Assembly (NCBI GenBank): GCA_036172245.1
Contig: JAYWIR010000092.1
Span: forward strand, 1 to 64,000
Length of the DNA stretch: 64,000 bases
DNA from: Raillietiella orientalis
Taxonomy: Eukaryota
Direction: 5' to 3'
A program made the translations under genes and the position numbers. Of the stretch, positions 1 through 11,917 are shown piece by piece (positions within the stretch are counted from its first letter, which is position 1; each line of letters starts with the position of its first letter). The notes beneath the pieces were generated by a model. It had not been told where the DNA came from and ran no database searches. It worked only from the letters and a program-made list of their open reading frames with translations.

Positions 1-2618
1 GCCCATCTGGTTGCAGGCGATTTCAACGTTCGCCTGAAACCAGATGGGCAGAATCCCGAGCGTGACCTGGTCAACGAGGTGTGCATGGCGGTGCACACCA
101 GTAATTTGTTGGCCAGTGCACCGGAGATGGTAGACAGCATTGAGCACGTGTTTCTTGACGAGCACCTGTGCCCTCGCCTGGGCAAGCGCGGCAACTTACC
201 GTGTGAGCAGTCGGACCTTCACTTGCTAGTCCTCAAGATCCATCTCCGCGACAGGGGCCCTCCCTCTTCAGCGTGGCGTCTCCCAGGGGACTGATTGAAG
301 CTCCCGGACGCGGCGAAACATCACCGCACGTTCATACAGAGCTTCAGGCTGCGGACACTCCAGGATTGGGACCGCTTCAAGCGGTGGTCCAGAAGTTCTG
401 GGACCAGTTCCCTCTGCACCGTCTACCTACGGGTTTCGGGACCGAAGTCCGTAACGAACGAGCATACCTGCAGGTCCGTCGTTACACCAGGACCCCCGAC
501 ATCCGCAGGCTGGCAAAATACAAAGCGGGAGCCAAAAGGCAAGCCTGGCAGACCGGATCGGCCAGGTTACTGGACGATCAGGACCAGGAGCACTCGGCAC
601 CTGCCCAAATCCGCGGCCTGCTGCAGTGTTACTGCTCCTCCCTGTATGCCAAGGCACCTCCAAGGAGAAACGTCTCACGACTCCTGCTTCCGGAAGGCGC
701 TTCATCGATCAGGGAGGAGCACAGAAAGACCCTCGACGAGACTTTCACGTTGGACGAAATCCTCTCGGCCATCGGAAAGCACAAGAGGCGAAAGGCTCCA
801 GGGGAGGACGGCCTGCTTGCGGAGTTTTATCAAACTTTTGCGGCTGATCATACTACCCTGGTACAGCAACTCATCTTGCTGATACTCAAAACAGGTGACC
901 TTCCCGTCTCGTTACGTTCGGTAATGGTGCGGCTCCTCCCTAAGGGAGGTAATCTGACTAGCATGAACAACTGGCGTCCCACCACAATAGTGAATGTGGA
1001 CGCCAAGTTGATAGCTAAGATTTGGGCAGAGCGCCTGAGACGGGTTGCCAACATCTTCATCTGCCCAGCAGAGACATATGCTGTTCCCGGGCGAAGCATG
1101 GAGGCGAACCTGTTCCACGCTTCCACCTTGCTAGAGCTCCAACATGGAAGGAGCTTGGTGCGCAGCCGAAATCCCGGTGAGTGCGCCGGCAAAGGGTTGT
1201 ATGGTCGGTTGGGGGAGAAAGCTCTTGCGGTCGCAATCGACTTGCGGAAAGCATTCGATTGCGTCGACCAGAATCTTCTTCTGGAGCTTCTGGAACGCTT
1301 GGGCTTCCCGGCCTCATTAGTGGCCTATCTGCGCTCCTGCTGGCGCGGCGCTCTCATCAACGTTACTTCCAGCGGGCAGATCCTGCACGGCGTTCCGTCG
1401 CGGCGTGAGATCTGGCAGGGAGACAGCCTGAGCCCCTTGTCTTCAGTACCTATTTTGAGTTGGTACTGAGAGTGTACAGGGGAACTCTGGCTCACCTGCC
1501 GCACGAATGTGCCGGTACGCCGGCCGTTTCAGCGTACGCAAACAACCTTCTGCTGCTGCTCCCTGAGTCCAACTCGGCTTCGGCGGTCGAGGAGTTCTTC
1601 GACCTGCTGCATCGGGGAACCCGACTTACGGTGAACAGGGCGAAGTCGTCCGTGATGCCAGTTGGTGCGGCGTGGGCAGGGCAGCAGGACTGGGTCCGTT
1701 TGGGGATCCCCACGGTGAGGTACTTTAAGTACCTTGGTGTGCCGTTAGGAAACTACTCCCTTGCGGAAGCGTGGACCGGCTGCCTCCAGAAAGTAGAGAC
1801 GGCGATCGGCCGGTTCCGAGGCGGCATGTTTTTCCTGCCTGAACGGGCCGCGGTTTGGAACACGTTTGTGACTCCTCTCCTCCGCCCTCAGCTTTTTGTT
1901 TGCCCCTTCATAGAGAAAATTAAAAGCGGACAAAGGACCTCCTCCGTATCGCCCTTTGGGGCAACGGAAGGGCCCGATTCCGCTCAAAGGACTTGTGCGC
2001 TCCTCGTCGGGATGGTGGTCTGGGCCTCCTGACGCTGGAGCGGCTGGATCTTCAGCTCCAGTTCCGATTGCGGCACTCGTTCCAGAGTTGTGGTACACCT
2101 GGTGCGTCCCTGCACGTCTCCTTCTCCAGCAAGCAAGCGGCAAGAAGATACTAACTTCGTTTCTTGCAATCCGTCGCCGCGTCAACAGATGCGGTCTCCA
2201 GCTACGGAGGGTGGCTGCGCTGGATCGCAAAAAACCAGGATTGCTCACCTGTCGCTTTTTGATCGATAGTGCGTGGTTGCAGAAAACCGTTCGAAGGCGA
2301 GGACAGTTAGGCATGCAACGCTCCCAACAAAAACGAAGGTTCCTGTTTGGGGGTTACAGAAGTTGCACGCTCCGCGAGATTCTGGAGGATCCAAAGAAGA
2401 GAGCGTGGGCAGGAAGAACCCCCCTCGCTGCTGCGCTGCCCTCCCTGATGGAAGATCTGAACAGCGATGATGCGGCGAAGTGGGTGGTTACAGTAACAAT
2501 CTCCAGATAGGAGAACAAGAAAGGAGCGTTTAAGACGAGCCAGTTAACAGACGCTGCGACCCCGAGTACGCCTCCCAATGGACTTTTGCCCTGGGGAGCG
2601 CTGCTCGATGTTTCCATT
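1..2618 (+). pseudogene. Family A LINE ORF2 fragment (APE C-terminus, RT), frameshifted, cut before the zinc finger
   Basis: AHLVAGDFN at window start; ORF 273-1469 has NWRPTT, KAFD, QGDSLSP; ORF 1460-2032 has YANN (decayed YADD) and KYLG; homology switches to family B APE at ~2619. Confidence 0.9.
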
Positions 2619-5600
2619 GAACACAGGAACGGACGGCTAACGAGTTGTGCGTTGCCATGCGCATGCGCGACTTGTTAGGGGATATTTCGGAAATGGTCAG
2701 CAGCATCGACCACGTCTTCCTGGATGTCGACCTGTGTTCACGAATCGGCAAACGGGGGAAAGTTGCGTCGGAGCTGTCCGACCATTTCCGGTTGATATTC
2801 GAGGTGTGCCCGCGTGACAAGGGCCCCCCATCCAGGGCGTGGCGTCTGCCTGGGGACTGGACGCGACTCTCAGGTGCGAAGGAACACCTTCGCGAATTCC
2901 TGAGAGGCGTCACCCTCCGCAATCTCAATGATTGGGACCTTTTCAAGGCCTCGGTCCGCGAGTTTTGCGAGGAGTTCCCCTTGCACCTCCTGCCCCGGGG
3001 ATTTGGGGAGGGCATCCGTAACGAACGAGCGTACTTGTATGCCCGTCGTTACGCGAGGACCGCCAATGTCCGTCGCCTGGCAGAGTACCGAGCCGGGGCC
3101 GAACGTCAAGCCTGGCAATCCGGATCGGCCAGCTTGCTGGACGACCAGGGCCGGGAGCACTCGGCTCCGGCTAGAATACGGCACCTCGTGCGGCGTTTTT
3201 ATTCCTCCCTTTACGCCAGGGCGCCCCCGGACCAAGATGCCTCTCGGCGCTTGCTTCCGAACGGTGCCCCGGCAATAGGGGAGGAGGAGAAGGAAAGCCT
3301 CGACGAGCCTTTTACCACCGGCGAAATTCTCGCCGGTATCAAAAGGCTCAAGAGGCGGAAAGCACCAGGAAAGAACGGCCTGCCTGCGGAGTTTTTGCAA
3401 TGCTTCGTGGCAGAGTTGGCACCCCTGGTGCTTGAGTTTACAAGGCTGATCCGAGATGAAGACGATGTACCCGCCTCGTTTCGGTCAGCCAGAGTGAAGC
3501 TCCTTCGGAAAGGAGGAGACCTCAGGAAACTCAGCAACTGGCGTCCGATCACAATTATGAACACGGACGCCAAGCTGATCGCCGGACTGTGGGCTTCGCG
3601 TCTGGGGCAGGTGGCCAATTCCATAATTAGCCCGGAGCAGACTTACGCTGTTCCCGGGCGAAGTATGGATGCCAACCTGTTCTTCGCGAGCACATGGTTT
3701 CATGTGCGAAGTAGTCAAGAAAAGGAAGAGGGAAGGATTCGCAGCTTCGCTTTGGGAGCGTTAGCCGGGCAGGGACAGGACTCCCAGGTGGGGAAGGGAG
3801 CACTAGCGATCGCAGTCGATCTGCACAAAGCGTTTGACTGCGTGGACCAGGATCTCCTGCTGGAGCTCCTGGGACGCATGGGCTTCCCTCCCTCCCTACT
3901 GACCTACCTGCGCTCTTGCTGGCGCAGCGCGCTGATCAACATCTCTTTCAGAGGTCAAATGGCGTACGGCGTGCCGGTACGGCGGGGCATACGGCAGGGC
4001 GACAGCCTCAGTCCCCTGCTCTTTAGCACCTACTTTGAGTTGGTGCTGAGAGCGTACAGGGTGACTTTGGCCCCCTTGCCGAGCTCGTGCCCCGGCACGC
4101 CCGCCGTAGCAGCATACGCCGACGATCTTTTGCTTCTGTTGCCGATGTCAACCCCGGCGAAGGCGGTCGGGGATTTCTTCGATCTGCTTAGCCGCGGGAC
4201 CGGACTTACGGTGAACAGGGCGAAGTCGACGGTGGTTCCAGTCGGTGCGGCGTGAGCTGTGCAGCAGGACTGGGTCTGCTTGGGGATCCCCACGGCGAGG
4301 TGCTTGAAGTACCTTGGTGTGCCGTTGGGGGACTACTCCCCTGCGGAAGCGTGGTCCGGCTGCCTCCAAAAAGTGGAAACGGCGATCGGCCCGTTCCTGG
4401 AAGACAAGTTTCTCCTTCCGGAACGGGCCGCGGTATGGAACGCGTTCGCGGCTCCTATCCTCCGCCCCCTGCTTTTTGTTTGCCCCGTCCCCAGAGAGTT
4501 GAAAAAACGGACGAAGGACCTCCTGAGAATTGCGCTTTGGGGAAGAGGGAGGCCCCGAGTCTCGTTGAAGGACTTGTGTGCTCCACGTCGGGATGGCGGT
4601 CTCGGCCTCTTGGCGATGGAGCGAGTAGAGATTCAGCTGCGATGGCGAACTCTCGTCATCGCAGCGAAGTTATGCAGCACCCCTTGGTGCGTTCCGGCCC
4701 GACTGCTTGCCAGCCGTGTATCCGGGACGGAGAGTCTAGCGTCCTATCTTCTTTGCCGTGGCAGAAAGGTCAAGAGATTCGGACTTCTTCTGGGACGCAT
4801 GGCAACCCTGGCTAAGGAAAACGGCTGGATGGTATGCAGCCCCTCCAACTCTTCCGCATGGCTGGAGGAGACAGCTGGCACGTGGGCGAAGATTAATGAA
4901 AAAAATGAAGAAATATGGAACTGCCTGCGACGCGGCTCCTATTCCCGCTGCACTCTGCAGAAGATACTCCAGTATCCCGCGAGAAGCACGTGGGCAGAGA
5001 CAACCCCCCTAGCAACGGCGATGCACTTCCTCAGGAGGGCGCTCTCCAGCAGCCGCAAGCATAAGTGGCAAGTCTCCTGCCGCATCGCAGGCAAGGAGAA
5101 GTTGATCAACGGCTGGTCCACGGGTGAACTGGCGGACGTCAGTACCCCTAGTGTCCAGCCGAGAGCACTTACGAGATGGGGCGAGCTACTCGGCATCCAG
5201 ACGGATGACCTGAAGTGGCCCCCGGTATTAATTGGATCTAGGAACCTCCCCCTGAAGTGGCAGGAGTCGGCGCTTCTGTTGTTGCATTGGGGTCTAACCT
5301 GCAACGCACGCCGCCACCACTGGACCAGGGGTCGAGTAGATCCTACCTGCATCAGGTGTGGGGAACGGGAAATTCTCTCCCACCTCCTTGTTGATTGTGC
5401 TGCCATCCGACCCCTGTGGGAACGTCTTCGTGCCTCCCTACGGATCCAGGAGGGCAGCCAGCCGAGAGACGTTTTTCGGCTTCTGTTCGTGCATGATGCC
5501 CTGCGTGAAGCCGCTGCCCTGGCTGCACTTTGCTGCGTACGCGGGATTGTGACGTGCTGGAGCAACGTTAGAAGACCGAGCCACGACAGGGATGCCGTCG

Positions 5601-5918
5601 TACTTGCAGTCCGCTACCTGCGGATTGTGACCAGATGGCCCCACCTGGGGATTATACGAACGGACCTCGAGGGCATCCTGCGAAGGATGGACCCTCCTCC
5701 AAGTGGTCAGTGATCCCTCCCCAACCCTCCCAAATCTTTTTGTTTTTATGTTTATTTTTCTTTTTGTTTTTCCCCCAACCCCTTCCTCTGCCGAGGAGAG
5801 TCGCGCCGGTCTGAGTACCGGCGACCCGGCAGGTCCAGTTGAGTTGGACGTAGTAAGGCCTCGTACAACGAATAAAAGAGAAATCTTAATAAACGCCCCG
5901 GCGTGACCGGGTGGCAAC
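2619..5918 (+). mobile_element. Family B LINE, 5'-truncated within APE, with complete 3' end
   Basis: ORF2 remnant, then T-rich 3' UTR, stem-loop and AATAAA (5888) plus terminal hairpin. Confidence 0.93.
2645..5713 (+). pseudogene. ORF2 (APE C-terminal part, RT, CCHC finger) with a single in-frame TGA at 4253-4255
   Basis: ORFs 2645-4255 and 4259-5713 share a frame; IDHV, SDH, YADD, KYLG, CIRCGEREILSHLLVDC. Confidence 0.93.
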
Positions 5919-8900
5919 CAGCAACTTGGCGTCCCCATTCACTATTGTGATAGGACGCCAGTTGTTCATGCTCTTCAGAGTTCATTTTTTCCCTTAGGGA
6001 GGAGCCGCAACTTTGCCGAACGAAACGAGGCGGGAACGTCGCCTGTTTCGCGTATCAGCAAGGTGAGTTGCTGTACCAGGGGGGTAAGCTCAGCCGCGAA
6101 AGTTTAATAAAACTCCGCGGGCAGGCCGTCCTCCACTGGAGCCTTTCGCCTCTTGAGCTATCTGATGGCCGAGAGGATCTCGTCCATTGTGAAAGGCTCG
6201 TCGTGGTTCTTTGTCTGCTCCTCCCCGATCGCTGGAGCGCCTTACGGAAGCAGGAGTCGTGAGACGTTCCTCTCCTGAGGTGCCCTGGCATACAGGGAGG
6301 AGCAGTAACACCGCTTCAGGCTGCGGATTTGGGCAGGTGCCGAGTGCTCCTGGCCCTCATCGTCCAGTAAGCTGGCCGATCCGGACTGCCAGGCCTGCCT
6401 TTCGGCTCCCACTTTGTATTCCGCCAGCCTGCGGATGTCGGGGGTCCTGGCGTAGCGACATGCCTGCAGGTAGGCTCTTTCGTTACGGATCCCGGTCCCA
6501 AAACCCGAAGGTAGGCGCTGCAGAGGGAACTGGTCGCAGAACTCCTGGACCGACCGCTTGAAGCGGTCCCAATCCTGGAGTGTCCGCAGCCTGATGCTCC
6601 GTATGAACGTGCCGAGATGTTCCGTCGCGTCCTGTAGCTTCAGCCAGTCTTCTGGGAGACGCCACGATGACAAAGGAGGGCCCCTGTCGCGCGGTTGGAT
6701 CTCAAGGACTAGCGGGCGATGGTCGGACAGCTCGAGCGGTAACTTGCCGCGCCTACCCACGCGAGGGCACAGGTGCTTGTCAAGAAACACGTGGTCAATG
6801 CTGTCTTCTATCCCCGCTGCACTGGCCAACAAATTACAGGTGTGCACCGCCATGCACACCTCGTTGAACAGGTCACGCTCGTGATTCTGCCCATCTGGAT
6901 TCAGGCGAACGTTGAAATCGCCTGCAACCAGATGGGCATTCCGCACGCCTGCTTCGGTCAGCCAGCCTCGCCGGAGGACAAGGAAAAACTTTCCTCGCCC
7001 TGCTGGTCATCAGGTCCGCGCCGCTCGCTGCGTACACGTTCGTGACGATCAGATCAATCGAGTCGGACCACCTGAGAGCCAGCTGGCCGACACGACCGTG
7101 ATCGTCGAACCGCACGCCCCGAGTTGCGGCCTCGACGGCTGGCCGAAGCAGGTAGGCGACACCGCAACTTTTCGCAATCCCACACCTGTACTATAGCCGC
7201 CCTCCGGAGATCCTTCCGATCTCTTGCGCTTGTTCTGCAGAGATCACGTGGATCTCCTGCAGAAGAGCAAGGTCGTAGGACTCGAGAAGGGCGGCCATGT
7301 CTCGTCTCCTGCCGGCGTCTGTCATGCCGTTCACGTTCCAAACGGCGATGCGCAGACGACGACGGGAGGAGATTCCCGGCATTACTGCTTGGAAGATTAA
7401 GGTGTGGGGGACCTGGCCTCTTGAGAGGCGGGCGGGATGTCCATGGGGGTTTCGGCCTTCTCAGGCACCTGAGGCAGCTGTTCGGCATCCACCCCCTTCA
7501 TTCCCTTCGTGTCCTTGCGTGGGAGTCTCTCGTGCGACGGGTCCCGAGAGTTTCCCACGATCATGGCACCCTTGCTTGCTGAAGCCATCTCTTCCCCTTT
7601 GACGGGGGAGACGAGCTTCCTAGGCTTTGTGGACTTACGTCCAGTCTTCTTGCGTGGTGCCGTGAAAACGGAGTCTGCGTTTCCGGCCTCCACCTCGGGG
7701 TCGGAAGTGGAGGACTCCTGAGGGGAGGCCGGACGCCTTACGGCCTTCTTGCCAGCCTTGGAGGGTTCTGGTTGCAACAAAGCTGCCAGCTCCTCCGCGG
7801 CTCGCGCGAAGGCTGCGTCATCGATGGTGGTGTCAATGATGGTTGCCGCCGCCGGCACGCTCCCCTCGCTGTTGACAGTGTCAACAGAGGCGAGGTCGTC
7901 GGTAGCGGCGAGTTCTTTCCGGCAGCGTTCGGCAACATAGAGAACGCGTTCGACAACGACGCTGCACTCTTTAATTATCGCGCTACCCTGCTCTTTCTTC
8001 GTCTGTTGGTAGGCGATTTTCTTTTCCATCGTCCTCTCCTTCTTTGATTTTTTGCCCGTTGCCACTTGCCACCCTGTCTCCTGGCCGACTTTCTCAAGTT
8101 CTTAGGCGTTGGTCGCCGGGATCTCGGGTGCGGCCTGGGTCTTGGGCGCGGGTGGCACAGCCTTCGCGGCAGCTTTCGCCGCCAGTCTTTTCTGCAGAAG
8201 CCGGGCGCGTTTTTTAAGGTTTCTCTTGGAAACCACCCGCACTGCTGCTTTTGGGCACACCTCCCTCGTGTGGCCCATTGTGCCGCATACTTGGCACTGC
8301 ACATTGGGACACCTCTTTTTGAGGTGGTCCGACGTATTGCAGAAGCCACAGTATTTCGGCTTCCCCACATACCAGAGGTTGACGATTTCGCCTTCGACCA
8401 CCAGTTTGTGGGGAAGAGTGCAGCCTCCCGAACGGTCACGCGCGCAGCAGTGAGGCCGTGTTGCAGCCCCGTGTAGTTCTCGAAAGGACTAACTTTCGTC
8501 CACTGCGCGTGGACCGTTCCAAACTGTTCCAAAGCGGCGCGAACCTGTTCTTTGCGCATTCGCGCGGTCACGCCTAACAGGTGGACCACCATACTGCGGT
8601 CCGCCGTAATAGGGAGGAGCCTGCGCGTCTTCATCACTACGGGGGTTTTAAGCAGTCGTTGGGCCACCTCTGCTTGTTTGCAGATGACCTCAACGTACTG
8701 ACCGCCGCTGCGGATGGTCATAGCGCTGAGCTCCTTCTCTTTCACATCGAGTGCGCGCATGCCCTTAGAGAAGGCGCAGGCGCTCTCTAAGGAATATAAA
8801 TTGCCTACCTTGTAGAACAATAAGGGGTTGTACCCCTGCTCTACATCGGCCGACAATTCCGCGGCGGCTACAGGCGATGGCGCCGACACAACGGCTCTCC

Positions 8901-9150
8901 ACGCCGGCGCTGCAGCGGGGACCGATTCTGTGGGGGCGGATGCCCCCAGCTCCATCGCCTCTGGGAGCGACGTTGCCGTCGCCCCCTGGCTCTTTATCGC
9001 CTCTGGGGGCGGCGTTGCTGCTGCATCCTAGCCATCCCTGGTGGTCGCGTCAGGCATCGCTGCCTGATCGAGCACCGAACCACACGACGCTTGCACTGGG
9101 GGAGACTTCCTGGCACGAGGAGCACCGAGCAAACACGTCCCCCCTCGAGC
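5919..9150 (-). mobile_element. Family A LINE with its 5' end, decayed ORF1 (start ~9057) and ORF2 (start 7382) ending at RT motif DAKLL
   Basis: CGFCNTSDHLKKRC and CQVCGTMGHTREVC knuckles; WNVNG, QEIH, GDFN, SDH; 5' motif GGGGACGTGTTT at 9131-9142. Confidence 0.92.
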
Positions 9151-9510
9151 GCACAAGGCGTTCGACTTTGTAAACCAGAAGCTGCTTTTGGAGCTTATGG
9201 AACACCTTGAGTTCCCGGCGCAACTCCTGCTGTATTTGCGCGCTTGCTGGCGTCACGCGCTAACCCGCATCACTTCCAGCGGCTGCCGCGTGTATGGTAT
9301 TCTTGTTCGTTGGGGCATCCGAGAGGGCGACAGCTTAAGCCCGTTGCTCTTCAGGATCTTATTGGAGTTGGTGCTAAGTTCATACAGGCTGACGCTGTCT
9401 CACTTGCCGAGCTCCTGCCCAGGAACGCCTCCCGTGGCCGCCTACGCTGATTACCTGCTTCTCCTGCTCCCCATGTCCACCCCGGCGTCCAGTGTCGAGG
9501 ATTTCTTCAA
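9151..9510 (+). pseudogene. Family C RT fragment from HKAFD to just after YADY
   Basis: ORF 9188-9631 has GIREGDSLSPLLF and AAYADYLLLL. Confidence 0.88.
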
Positions 9511-11704
9511 CCGGCCTTGCCGTACTCAGCGGAAGGCAACGCGTGGAGATCGTCTGCAAAGACGTAGCCCTAGCGCAGCGCCTCATCAACACCCCGCTGA
9601 ATGTGGCTGGCTGAATGATCCTACCCGTTAGCATGGACCGCTCCGTAGTGGTCCATCTAATGGGGATCACGAATCGCATGACGCGCTCTGCGGTGAACGC
9701 GGAATTAAAGAAATACGGAGATGTGCACGCGCTGTGGCCAAAGCCAACCATTTTTGACGGCTATAACAGCCTCTTTGGTGGCCAGGCAGCAGCGCGTGTC
9801 ACTGTGAACGAGGGTGCTGGGTTACCTCACAAACTGGAGGTCGGGAAGGAGCCCGTCGACCTCTGGTACGTGCGGAAACCCCGCTATTGTGGCTACTGCG
9901 ATGCAGTAGGGCATGTGCGCAGGCGGTGCCCAAATATCTAGTGCCACTAGTGCGGGGAAAAGGGACACGTCCGTCGTGTGTGCCTCAAACGCCCCACCCC
10001 GGTGCCACCTGCTGCCAAAAAGGCCTCATCGCGCGAATGGCCGGCCCCAGCAGCCTTCTCCTCCTCCTCCAACCCAGGCGGCAGCGGAAAAAACCGCGAA
10101 AGACGCGTGCGAGGAAGAAGGATGGACGCTGGTAAAGGCCAGAAAAAAAACCCAAAAAGGGATCACAAGAGAAGCCGGAGAAAAAGCCGGTCGCGAAGGC
10201 GAAAAAACCAGGTCCGCGATCTAAAACTCTCCGCGAGAGCTCGGTAGCACTGGAGCGCATCAGCGTTCCCGAGGCTGCCACCCGGGGCGAAGAGCCTCCC
10301 CTTGCCGTTTCCGCCGCGCCAGAGGTTCGCGAAGGCGAACCCTCTGTTTGCACAGAGGGTGAGACGCGCGACGCGCTCGCCGCCGGCGAGGACGCCGCCT
10401 TCGCGAAGGCGGCGGAGGAGCTCGCGGCCACGCTGGCTGAGCGTGAGAACCCCTCACACAAAACCGTGCGAAGGCCCCCGCAGGTGAGTGCGACCTGGGG
10501 GCCGGAAGTGCATGCTCCTCCTCGGAGGCACCCCCCCGGAAGACGGGACGCAAGTCCCAAAAGCCCAGGAAGCGCCTCCCCTCCACGAGCGAGGAGGAGA
10601 AGCAGGAAGTCGCCGGCAGCGTGGGAATCCCGGAGGGGAAGCTCCCACGCGCGGAAGCCGTCGAGCAGGACACCCCCATGGAGGAGGGTGAGCAGGGGGG
10701 CGAAATCTCCCCTGCCGTCGCGGACCCTGAGGAGCACACCCCTATGGAGGAGGGCCAGCAGGTAGGCGCGACCCCATCTGAGGGTGAACCGCCCGACGCG
10801 CCGTCACCGATGGAAGAGGGTGCCCAGGTGCTAGAGGCACCTGTCCCTCCTCCTCCACCTAGCGTCCCGCCCTAACAGGTGGCGGACGCCGCACAGCCGA
10901 TTTCCCAGGAATAACACCTGGGCTCGTCTGTCGCCGTCGAATCCGCGTGGCCAGTTGGAACGTCAACGGGCTACGCGACCACGGCAACAGACCAGATACG
11001 GCCGACACCCTGCGTGAGTTCGACCTGGCCCAGATGCAGGAGATCCGCGTGATCACCTCGGCAGACGTCCAGGAGATCGAGACGGTCGCGGGGGGTCGAC
11101 TGTACTGGCAATGCGGCGCCCGCAACACCTGCGGGGTCGCGTTCTTCGTCAAGCCGGCCATCGACGCTGCCGTGAAGGGCGTACGCTTTGATGGCGACGG
11201 TCGGGTCGTTCAGCTGATTCTCAGCTGGTCCGACTCGATCGAATTGATCGTCACGAACGTGTACGCCCCGAGCGGAAAAGGGGGATACAGCGACCGTACC
11301 AGGCTGCTGGAAACCCTGAAGCGCGATTGGCTGGCCGACACGAATGTGCGGAAGGCACACCTGATAGCTGGAGACTTCAATCTCCGTCTGCTGTCAGGTG
11401 AGCCCGAAGCACAAGAACGCATAGCCAACGAGTTGTGCGCTGCCATGCGCACGCGCAACTTGTTGGCAGACGCGGAGGGAATGGACCGCAGCATCCTGGA
11501 TGTCGACCTGTGCTCGCGGGTCGGCAAACGGGGGAGGGTTGCGTCAACGTTGTCGGACCATTCCCGGTTAATTTTCGAGATGCGGCCTCGCGACAAAGGA
11601 CCGCCATCCAGGGACTGGCGTCTGCCAGGGGACTGGACGCGACTCTCAGGTGCGAAAGAACACCTTCGCGAATACCTGAGAGGCGTCACGCTCCGGAATC
11701 TCCA
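9511..11704 (+). mobile_element. Family B LINE, 5' half (5'-truncated ORF1 and APE), interrupted at 11704
   Basis: CGYCDAVGHVRRRC knuckle; ORF 10947-11708 has WNVNG, NVYAP, GDFN, SDH; reading frame continues at 17238. Confidence 0.92.
10677..10830 (+). repeat. Three imperfect ~66-nt coding repeats (PMEEG-x-Q) in the family B ORF1 tail
   Basis: TPMEEGEQ, TPMEEGQQ, SPMEEGAQ in ORF 10621-10875. Confidence 0.8.
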
Positions 11705-11917
11705 TTGAAACCCGGGTGCGCCGGGACGTTTATTCTCACGAATAAACTTATACAATCTGTGACTGGACCAGTAGTCCAGCCACGCCCTGGAAAGATATAG
11801 CCTGCCGGGCTACCGGTGCGCAGACCGGCGCAGTCGACCTCGGCAGCAGAGTTGAGGGGGAACGAAACAAAAAGAAAACAAAAAATAAACAAAAATCAGG
11901 GAGGGAGCGGGAAGGGA

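Noticed and set aside
5788..5870. Hammerhead or HDV ribozyme in the 3' UTR
   Set aside because: CTGCCGAG does not match the CUGANGA core, there is no suitably placed GAAA, and I could not build an HDV nested pseudoknot
5894..5913. Histone-type 3' stem-loop or transcription terminator
   Set aside because: The loop and stem do not match the histone consensus, and no U-tract follows
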